Positions 29,401-37,466 of a stretch of DNA of 64,000 nt are shown here, piece after piece. The notes beneath the pieces were generated by a model that was not told the DNA's origin, ran no database searches, and worked only from the letters and a program-made list of their open reading frames with translations. Made by a program: the position numbers and the translations under genes. Every line of letters begins with the position of its first letter. Position 1 is the stretch's first letter. Source of the DNA: Schmidtea nova. Taxonomy: Eukaryota. The stretch covers positions 81,592,001 to 81,656,000 of the forward strand of contig CM097883.1 in the NCBI GenBank assembly GCA_044892505.1. The letters run 5' to 3'.

Positions 29401-32076
29401 AAAACAATTAAATTTTAAGTCAGTCAGATCATTCAGTCTATTCTGTGTTTCCAACTTTCTGAGTTTTTGTCAAGAAGGCATCTAATGAAGTTTGCGTTTT
29501 TCTTTTGTGTTCTGTTAGAAGTCGTTGACAAGTGGATAAAGCATCTATAACACCCAGTCTTGCTTTTGAACTCTTGTCAACATTTGGATCATTTTCATCA
29601 AATTGGTCCATAATTTCAGTTATAGTGGTCAAACTCCTTTTTACAAACGCCATCGAAAATTCTTTTTGATCTTCTTCGACATCAGTACTATCAATATTCT
29701 TGTTTTCTTCTTGCGCAGTTAATTCCTTGAGCTTATCATTAGAAAAAACTAGCTGCTATTTCTTGAAATATTTCTTCGACGTCTTCCACATTTACCTCAT
29801 CTAAACCAGTTTGTTTCGATAATTCCACTATTTCATTCATATCGACAGTGTCCAATGTCTTCACTCTTACTTAAATCCGGCCAAATGTTCTTCCATACTC
29901 CTTTCAAAGATCTTTCTGTTATCTCATTTCAACAAAGGTTTATATTTGCTACAGCATTCATGATATTGTAATTTTTCCAAAATTCTCTTATTGATTGCTT
30001 CTCTTCTCCGTCTGTTTTTTCAAACATCTGCTTAAATGTTCGCTTCAAATAATAAGCTTTAAAATTGGATATAACGCCTTGGTCCATTGGTTGGATTAAG
30101 GCAGTTGTGTTAGGCGGCAAGAAAACCACTTCGACTGGAATGCATGTTGTTAAGTCTGATAAATTTCTTGGTTGACTTGGAGCATTATCAGTTAATAGTA
30201 GTGCTCTTTGTTCAAGTTGTTAATTTTGCAATAACGTTTAACAGACGGGCAGAAATGTTCAGTGAACCAATCCCGGAATATCTTCATAGTTATCCATGAT
30301 TTTTTATTAGACTCCCAAATTACAGGTAAAGTTGATTTAAATATGCCTTTCATCGCTCTTGGGGTTTTGGAGTGGTAAACTAGTAGTGAGTTTAATTTAA
30401 AATCTCCGCTTGCGTTACGCAGCTTTAAATCCTGGTGCTCGTTTCTCTTCACGGGATAGAAATGTTAGTTTTGGCATTCTTTTCCAAAACAGGCCTGTTT
30501 CATCAACATTAAAAACCAATTCTGGAGGATAGTTTCCTTGTTCAATTATTGTTTTTAATATCGCTGGGAATTCAGCCGCCGCTTTCGAACCACCACTTGC
30601 TGCTTCTCCTGTAATCTTTATGTTGTGAAGATTATTTCGATTTTTAAATCTATTAAACCATCCTCTACTAGCAACGAAAGTTTCACTAATGTCACTTGCC
30701 TCAGTCTGAATGTAATTAAAAATTCTTCTATCTTTTTCCATTATGATAGATTGGCTTAATGGCATATTGCGTTCAATTTCGTCGTCAATCCATATAGACA
30801 ATCGTTTTTCCATTTCGTCGTCAATCCATATAGACAATCGTTTTTCCATTTCCTCTATAATGTTATTTTTAGAACGGGTAATTCTAGTTGCAGAGTTTGA
30901 CGTAGTTGCAGTTGCCGATTACATTATTTTTTCTTTATTCTTAAGAATTGTCCTTATTGTTGAAGTTGCCAAATTCAATGCAGCACTAATTTGAAATTGA
31001 CGTTTACCAAAATCTAATCTTCTAATCACTTGCATTTTAGTTTCCAGTGAAATGCTTTTTCTGGTTGCTTTATTTTCTTGTTTTTCATTATCACCCATGA
31101 TAAAAACTAAAGATCATAACATTTGTCACTGTATTAATCGTTATTTTATTTTGTAGTATTATATAAATTTATGCCTACAATAATGTCAACAAATGTTTCA
31201 AATAATAAAAATGCGTCAAACAACACCGCACCAAACAAGAAACACAATTGTACTGTTTCGCGGGGAATCCCCGTAGTTCTGAGAGCAATTTTGAGGAATA
31301 CCCGGGTTGAAATAAAACAGTGCTAAACCGAAACNNNNNNNNNNNNNNNNNNNNNNNNNNNNNNNNNNNNNNNNNNNNNNNNNNNNNNNNNNNNNNNNNN
31401 NNNNNNNNNNNNNNNNNNNNNNNNNNNNNNNNNNNNNNNNNNNNNNNNNNNNNNNNNNNNNNNNNNNNNNNNNNNNNNNNNNNNNTCGCTTGACCTCTTC
31501 CGTAATATTTGACAATGAATTCTTTTCTCATAAATATCTATTTTCAAGCATTCAATGCTAAAAATTATTATTTTTTCAATTCAGAGTCTTTTTTAAGTCC
31601 CTTTTTTCTAGAGCCGATGTATTAGTATATTTCTTGATAAAACTAACTCCAGTCCGTCAGGCTATGCTTTAGGTAGTATAGAAGGTCGAGTTGGTATTCA
31701 ATGTCTGGCTAGTCAGAATCCCAAAGATAGTTTTACTTTCAAATGTCATCGATCTCAAGTGACAAATAACAATACCCAGGATATATATGCTGTAAATGAT
31801 TTGGCATTCCATCCTATCTATCAGACATTGGTTACAGTAGGTAGTGACGGTAAATACACATATTGGGATAAAGATGCCCGTACGAAATTGAAAGGCTCAG
31901 AAACAACTGAGCAGCAATCTGTGACCAGTTGTGCCATTGATTGCAAAGGCAATGTATTCGCGTATGCATACGGCTATGACTGGAGTAAAGGATATGAATA
32001 TAATGATCCCAATAAAAAACCGAAAATTTTCATTCGACCTTGCAATGATGAAATGCGTCCGCAAACGAAAAAATAG
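4485..32076 (+). CDS. RAE1: mRNA export factor Rae1/Gle2 (WD40), join(4485..4751,4802..4974,5023..5203,31612..32076), 361 aa
   Basis: Rae1 motifs [81 protein letters not shown]. All introns are GT-AG with consistent phases; 1086 nt ends in TAG. Confidence 0.93.
7474..7690. repeat. Local tandem repeats (two ~80-bp units plus shorter TTCTTTGATTATT units)
   Basis: AATCAGCTTTGATGTCGG...TTTCTTTAGGATGAACTCTTCT..TAATTCTTTGATTATT occurs at ~7474 and ~7554. Confidence 0.8.
7998..9011 (+). repeat. Direct duplication of a ~200-bp unit (7998-8200 and 8809-9011), each copy preceded by (TA)n; a degenerate third unit follows at ~8181-8290
   Basis: Shared AAATATGAATGAAGTTACGAATTT.GAAATCCAGCTGAAGAAATTTAATCACGGGAAATGGTCACACTTTGAAATAAGACTG; (TA)n at ~7967-7992 and 8749-8800. 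Confidence 0.85.
8300..8745 (-). mobile_element. 3' relic of a Gypsy-like LTR retrotransposon (integrase tail, PPT, start of 3' LTR)
   Basis: Minus strand reads [12 protein letters not shown], then the purine tract AAGGGGAGAA immediately before TGAATAG at 8516. The left coordinate is approximate. Confidence 0.4.
9277..9323 (+). tRNA. 3' half of a tRNA-Leu (CAA-type), pseudogenic fragment
   Basis: Long variable arm GTCTCC-GAAT-GGAGAC, T-arm GTGGG-TTCAAAT-CCCAC, acceptor strand TTCTGACA, followed by a TTTT terminator. The 5' half is absent and replaced by a hAT end. Confidence 0.85.
10907..11302 (-). pseudogene. Unidentified coiled-coil-like ORF (131 aa), antisense within the RAE1 intron; probably part of a longer frameshifted ORF (~10600-11350)
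   Basis: Heptad-like [32 protein letters not shown]; GC content above the surroundings; no recognised family. Confidence 0.3.
14120..14295 (+). repeat. Unclassified dispersed repeat, copy A
   Basis: Shares GTGAGCGTC...GAAACTATAATTGACTGAA...GGGTGGGTTCAAGGG...GATAGAAGG with the copies at 47.7, 48.1 and 50.7 kb. Confidence 0.75.
14397..14466. repeat. (TTA)n microsatellite
   Basis: About 23 perfect TTA units. Confidence 0.98.
18850..20510 (-). pseudogene. Highly degraded Gypsy-type integrase relics
   Basis: Minus-strand words [18 protein letters not shown] (~20390-20500), [20 protein letters not shown] (~19600-19690) and PDITCDNG (~19430), with many stops. Confidence 0.4.
21539..21800 (+). mobile_element. 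piggyBac-like relic (TTAA-anchored end plus a transposase fragment)
   Basis: TTAA-CTCTTTCGTG end; the frame [26 protein letters not shown] resembles the piggyBac D..DQ...FF...AVVNA region. A similar TTAA-CTCTTTCG end lies at ~24256. Confidence 0.35.
22400..22940 (-). pseudogene. piggyBac transposase C-terminal relic
   Basis: [12 protein letters not shown] and [14 protein letters not shown] match the piggyBac KWRDKR and YN.YMGGVD..DQ motifs; a Cys-rich tail remnant DNCFH lies at ~22410. Confidence 0.7.
24407..27154 (-). mobile_element. Full-length hAT transposon (SPIN/GTF2IRD2-like), 2748 bp
   Basis: TIRs CAGGGGTGGCCAACC / GGTTGGTCACTCCTG; subterminal GCGGGCCGC motifs; TSD CAGTAAGT / CGGTAAGT. 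Confidence 0.93.
24921..26732 (-). pseudogene. hAT transposase, 603 codons with one in-frame TAG at 25338-25340
   Basis: BED finger [36 protein letters not shown] and [10 protein letters not shown] are all present. The ORFs 25338-26732 and 24921-25301 are in the same frame (LLQ*FKRRF). Confidence 0.92.
27330..27765. repeat. Degenerate ~170-bp tandem units; a further partial unit lies at 31486-31545
   Basis: Recurring (A)AGTGAG(G/A)AG, AATATTTGACAG and TGACCTCTTCCGTAATATTTGACA (27475 and 31491). Confidence 0.7.
27770..29171 (+). mobile_element. Ginger2-like (KRBA2/SCAND3 integrase-type) DNA transposon relic
   Basis: TGT...ACA termini, ~80-bp TIRs containing the palindrome ACATTTACCGGTAAATGT, 4-bp TSD TATA. 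Internal 28697-28945 reads [14 protein letters not shown]...[25 protein letters not shown]...CTACQQK. Confidence 0.7.
29176..31334 (-). mobile_element. Tigger/pogo (TIGD1-like) transposon with a frameshifted transposase (~29438-31098); other end lost in the gap
   Basis: TA-CAGTAAGACCCCGTTTAACGCG terminus; N-terminal [17 protein letters not shown]; [24 protein letters not shown] and [16 protein letters not shown] motifs. Confidence 0.9.
31335..31485. other. Assembly gap (151 N)
   Basis: Run of n characters. Confidence 0.99.
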
Positions 32077-32379
32077 TTTTTGTTGTACATTTTTTATGTA
32101 AATTTCTTGTTTTTCTTGACATTTGTTTTAGTATATGATTTATTATTTAATAGAAATAAAAGCATTTATATGTTTTATTTATTTTTCAATGGCCTTATTT
32201 CACATGAGAACTTTTATTCTTTCTTCTAATGAAATTTAATCAATATTATTAATTACTGAGGTGCAAACATTTTGGAAAATTTCAACCAAACCCCAAAAAT
32301 TCAATGGTAAAAAATATTCAAAATAATTCATTTAAAATAGATATTTTTATTTATTTATGTGGTAAAGATGAAAAGTCCT

Positions 32380-32720
32380 TTTACTCGTATAGAAATAAAG
32401 TTAGAACAAAGTTATTTTATATTTTCTATCGGAGAGGCTTTTCAAAGAGCAACAATATATAATTGGATTCCAGAGTTTTCATCCGATAGAACAAAGTGTT
32501 TTTGACAGTCAAATGAGAATAGACTTGAAAAAATTTCTAAATTAAAGTAAATTCTGTCTAATAATAAGAAAATCACGTAAATGAAGTTGTCTGGAAAACT
32601 CAAGGTTTGCAAAATAAAAATGCAGCGTATGTTGGATAAATTTGGAATCAGTTTAGTTCTACGTTATTTAACAGCAGAGACGATTATTAGTCGAAAAGTT
32701 GCAAAAATAATTTCCTATCT
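32380..32720 (+). mobile_element. mariner transposase N-terminal (HTH) relic
   Basis: GEAFQRATIYNWIPEFSSDRT resembles mariner S.ATVYNW..EF.RGRT; heavily decayed. Confidence 0.45.
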
Positions 32721-32964
32721 TCCATGATCAAAACCATTGTTTCTTTGAAACAGTTAATCTTTTCTTGATCCTTTTATTAAAATTGTTATCGAACTTTGAC
32801 TGATTTCTTCATATGTTGTTGGCCTTTATTGCATGCTACATTCTTTCATATCTTCTTAGTTTCTTTTATTCATTGACTTTTGTCGACTATACTAATTCAT
32901 CTTCCGTCAATTTCTTCTGAATCCTTAAAAACTTAAAATTTTTTCGTCTGCATATCAATTTCTC

Positions 32965-33480
32965 TCAAAGGTGACTGGATCGGCGCATCCAGCTCGGATT
33001 GATTTCTTTATTTTTCCGAAGCTTCTTTTCCTCATAACTTATAGCTTCCAGCTGTTTTCTACCGACCGCAACAGCTCGACGACCAGCTACAAATCCACTG
33101 GGATCGGTTTTGAATAACAGTGGCTTATCCATCTCCTTATCACACGAAAATGGGATCATTGAACAGCCTAATGGCATCATTGCAGCTGATTGAATATACG
33201 ATTGATTTATTTCGGCAATACATCGACAAATCCTGTCACAGGACATTTCGTAATCCAAATTACATTCACATCGTGCAGCTTCCATTTGTGCACGGCATAC
33301 TTGCGATCCGCAATCAGAAATCATTTCGGTCCTAACGCAACCGGTACTTTCATTTACGTTAAATAATCTTGTAGCTGAACTCTGTTTGTTCATTTTATCT
33401 GGAAATTCTCTTTATGAAGCAACTACGCCACAATTATTATCTTGAACATCCACAAAAAGTAATCCATTCAACGCCATCGC
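32965..33480 (-). pseudogene. Cys-rich ORF relic of uncertain family (142-aa ORF plus a stop-interrupted upstream extension)
   Basis: Cadherin-like words LFVDVQDNN and LFNVNESTG.VRT, then CGSQVCR...CECN...CDRICRC. An in-frame TAA lies upstream and the C-terminal end appears frameshifted. Confidence 0.35.
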
Positions 33481-33680
33481 TTTAAATGCATATTCGGTTC
33501 CCAATCGAAAACGAAACATATCCAAAATCCGAAATAAATTCCAATAAATTCAATTATTAAAGAAGAAATTAAATCAAATCCACAAGATTAAATTATATTT
33601 TTAAATTCCAATCCATTTTACCGCCATAATTAATTAATTTATACAGATAAACAAAACTCCATTATCTCAAATGTTTTTAA

Positions 33681-34100
33681 TTAACTCGTCACATAAATCA
33701 TTATAAAAAATAAGTCATTTTTGTTGCGAATAACACTTCGACAGATGTGGCACGTCTTCAGCCGAATTGAGCAATTCCTACACGAGGTATGTCCACAATC
33801 GAACGAAATGTTAACTATATTATCCAAGCAAACAACGCAAACATTTTTATTTTCTTCATTTTTAGATTTTCTTTCAAATTTTATTTTGTACAATTTTGAT
33901 AGTTTTGACTTTAAATCTTGATTTCGACAATTCTCGATTGATTTCATTAGTGACAAATTTTCCTGATTTGATGACAAACATTTAGAAATAATCAGTTTTG
34001 ATAATCTTTCAATCTTATCAGAAACATTGATGCTGTTGATCAAGAGAGAAAACGGCGTATTTCCTTGACAATCGTCCTTATTCATTAAGTTAATTCCGTA
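33681..34100 (-). pseudogene. Ankyrin-repeat end plus C-terminal C3HC4 RING (Mind bomb/IAP-type RING) fragment
   Basis: GINLMNKDDCQGNTPF resembles an ankyrin repeat; CVVCLD..VNISFDCGHTSCRNCSIRLKTCHICR is a RING. No intact acceptor upstream. Confidence 0.65.
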
Positions 34101-34589
34101 AAATAATCACGATAAAGTTACAAAGTTATTAATCAATTCATAAATCCAAAACTTCATCGAAAAATCTAATTTCCAAAATTCCTATAAATTCACAAAGCCA
34201 AGTTAAACTGGTAATCAAATTAACACATTAAAACAAAAGAAATCTCCAAAAAATGTTTTCAATAATCATCTAATCAATTCAACAAATTCCAAAAAATCGT
34301 TTCTTTTTACTAATCAGCCCAACTCACTAAGCCATTCATTTCCCTCTCGCGTCTGTGTGCGCACGCCAAGAAGTAAATCACAATCAACACTTGATGCAAT
34401 CCTATTTCTTAGCAATTTCGTCGTCATTTAAAATTAAATTGACAACCGGAACAGAATCACAATTCTCTCCTAACCAATAAAGTTTGGTCATTTTCCCTTC
34501 AGATTCTTGGCGAATAAATGCCATTAATTCTTTTGTATCTGTACAGCCGATTGAAACTTTGAGAAACTGTTTCGGATACTGTTGCAATG

Positions 34590-34676
34590 CTCCAGTTGAA
34601 TTGTATTTCAAATCCGTTACAATATTCCACTTTCATTATATTTGTCTGTTTTTGGTTTGTCTAAAAATGCTCCCAT
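34590..34676 (-). pseudogene. 5' fragment of a PPM1A/PPM1B-type PP2C phosphatase gene, frameshifted
   Basis: [17 protein letters not shown] then NGL(fs)KY matches PPM1A [24 protein letters not shown]; a TATATAAA box lies ~20 nt upstream; catalytic motifs are absent. Confidence 0.75.
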
Positions 34677-34954
34677 TTATCATATAAGATTTATATAGAT
34701 TTCGATAAATCCGTTTTTACGGCTTCCAGGCTCACTCTACAATCTCTCATAGCGATCAAGCACCCAATTAATTATTTTAATTATTATTTAATTAATTTTA
34801 AAAATATTTTAAGAGCGGGCGCGACCAGTGACTCTATTTCTTTGATATCTACGCTAATTACCATTGTTATATTAATACGATTTTGTTTTATGATAATTGG
34901 TAGACATAAAAGGAATTTTTTACTGGTGAAATTTTATTTCTTGTTATTGTAGAT

Positions 34955-35102
34955 CAGCGGTCGGAAACCTTTTTTAAGTAGAGTCAAATCAACAAAAAAT
35001 TTCAAAAAAATGAAATTTAAGTGCCGCAGTCACAGACATATTCGAGCTATATTGAAGCTAAGAGCCGCATGCGGCTCCAGAGCCGCCGGTTCCCGGCCGA
35101 TG
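34955..35102 (+). mobile_element. hAT MITE, 148 bp
   Basis: CAGCGGTCGGAAACC ... GGTTCCCGGCCGATG ends, internal GAGCCGCATGCGGCTC palindrome, perfect TSD TTGTAGAT (34947-34954, 35103-35110). Confidence 0.9.
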
Positions 35103-35265
35103 TTGTAGATTTAAGTGTTTCGTTCATTTTCATCATTTCCTCTTTAGTCTTATCATCAAATGAAGTTTTGACTCATATTGATATCAATGGCGATCTTCCT
35201 TCTCGTAGTTACTTTTCAGTAAATATTTGCAATGTTAATACATTCAAATACACACCAACATAAAC

Positions 35266-37466
35266 ATGCAAGACTTACAAAGACCATTGGCATTCTACAA
35301 AGCTATTGGGTTATTGGGTTGTTGGTGAAATGTAAAAGTTACCAATCAAATCTCTGACTCCAAAGCGTGCCTTATTTAATTCACAAAATAACAATTCTCA
35401 GACAATATAAACCTTTATTGATTATCACAGTTACACAAATTTTAATACCACGATCAATTCAACCCTGAAATAGGTAATTATACAGAGCTTATTGCAACAC
35501 TTCGTGAGGAATAGCTCCAAGTGTATAATAACCAATTACTTTAATAATCACTAGCCGCCGATTGACTGAACAATTGGGTAAATTGCTTTCGTTTGCTTTC
35601 GTGTTTTGACTTGACTTTGTTAACTGCTCTAACTCTTTTATTCAATCAAAATGTTTTATTCTGTTCAATTAAATTATCTCGATCTCCATTCTTCACAATA
35701 CAATTTAAATCTTCCATCGTTTTCCAATTTCGAGCAACTCAATTTTCTTTTCAATTACAACTCGAATTCTCTTTAATTTTCAAATATAGTACGACTTCTA
35801 TAATTCAAATTTTAGTTACTTATTTTCTTCTCCAATTTCGCTTCTACTTTGCTTCTCCAATTTTACTTTTGATTTAGTTCAGATTGCTTTCGCCTTTTAT
35901 AGTTTACCATCGTCCGTCACTCATGGCACTTCGCCTTTTCCACTCCTGTCTCTGGCATATTCCATTTTTTCTCTACAACTCCCATATTGCTCCTGACAGA
36001 TCGGCACTCGGGTAAACTTTCTTTTTTTCATTTCTGCTTCTTGCATTTCCCATACTTTTTTATAGCTCCCATGTTATCTTTGACAACTGACAAGATACCG
36101 GTTTTGTTTTCCTGTTCTGTTTTTGTTTTCCAATTTCTGAATTCCTTTCTGTTTCTTTGCACTTATTAATTATAAGTGACCTTTCTCCGCTTTGTTGTTG
36201 AGTTTCTTTTAGTTTGTTATTCCTTTTTCATTTCCCACTTTTTGCTTTTATTTTTTCTTCTCCGAACTCCAGGAGGCTATGTTAGTTACCATATCGGTTT
36301 TCCCCAATATATTTGAATTGTCTATTATATTATTTGTTTTTAGGTATCCTCAACAAAGCACTACAAAACAACATTCAGACAGATGTAGAAGAAATCACAA
36401 TTAGAAAGTATCCACATCAAGTATGTATACCAAATGAGTTTAAGGTGGATACAGAAGAAAGAGAAATGTACCTAGTTAAGTTTAACATAACAAAGAGAAC
36501 AACACTGAGAAACGTCATAGGTTATTTTGAGCAAAGTCAGAATGTAGATAGGAATACAAAAGAAGGCAAAAGAATTCCACAAAGGATAGTGACAGAAATT
36601 ACATGAAAATACAAAGAATTAACGTTAGCCACCATAAGTAAGGCTACAGTGGTATTTAAGACAATAAAAGAGAAAAATGACAAATGATTTTAATAACATC
36701 ACTGAACAGATTCATAATGTACCTTGCGTATGTTCCAAAAATAAACAGCCCATTTGAAAAGTCGGAAATAATTATGGCTGAGATTAGGATGAATGAAGAT
36801 TTTCTAGTAAATAAAACGCCATTTACAAAGAAATTGCTAACGAAGGATGAAAGAAGAGAGAAAACAGTTTTTATGGATGTAAAAACAGTAAAGGACAGTA
36901 ACCAACAACTCAAACCCATAGACATTTACATCAGAAACTACAATGGAGATTGTGTATTTAAAACGAAAATTACCCCAAGGTCCAAAATACAAATGAACGT
37001 AATAAATAAAGATTCAATTATAAGGAATGCGGATGAGTTTGGGGCCCTAATAAAAATCAAGAAACACATTTATGGAAAATAATCATCGGATTTGACATCA
37101 TGAAGAAATTAAGAAGTATATATATATATTAGTTTAGATGACGTCTTAGGAATAAAAGAAAGATCAAATAGTTACTATTTGAAGGCTTTAGTAAAGAATG
37201 TCCCAGAGGATAAAATAAAACTACCCAATCTTGCCTTCCAGACTTTGAAAAAGAAATTTAAAAAACTAAATGATATTCTGCTCAGACCAGAGCCATTTAA
37301 TTTTCAAGACGCTTGTAAAATAGTCATGATCATATACCTAATAACCGAAAATAACTGGGAAGACCATATAGGACAACAAATGAAGAAAATAAATATCAAA
37401 CTTAGAGAAAACATAAAGAAACAAACAGAGGATAATGATGAAATACAATTCATCAAGGAAGAATGA
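35266..37466 (+). pseudogene. DEDDh 3'-5' exonuclease (REX4/ISG20-like) pseudogene interrupted by a solo LTR; join(35266..35303,36360..37466)
   Basis: Removing the LTR restores MQDLQRPLAFYKALQNNIQ in frame. ExoI-like TVFMDVKTV, IRNYNGDCVF, ExoII-like IIIGFDI, KIKLPNLA, ExoIII-like FQDACKIVMIIY. One stop and at least three frameshifts. Confidence 0.65.
35304..36355 (+). mobile_element. Solo LTR (Gypsy-type, 4-bp TSD), 1052 bp
   Basis: TATTGGG...CCTCAACA termini; TSD AAGC on both sides; homologous end to end with 48473-49441. Confidence 0.85.

Larger units (their letters stand above)
5204..31611 (+). other. RAE1 intron 3 (~26.4 kb, phase 0), filled with transposon relics; includes the assembly gap
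   Basis: Donor CAA|GTAAAT at 5204 and acceptor CTTTTTTCTAG|AGC at 31611. The join reads LKYQ|SRCISIF, aligning with human LKHQHRCVAIF. Confidence 0.85.

Noticed and set aside
31175-31547. ORFs containing long X runs
   Set aside because: Artefacts of translating through the N gap.
36313-36359. TTTTTAG|GTATCC as a splice acceptor for the exonuclease gene
   Set aside because: It lies inside the solo LTR end; the true upstream frame is at 35266-35303.
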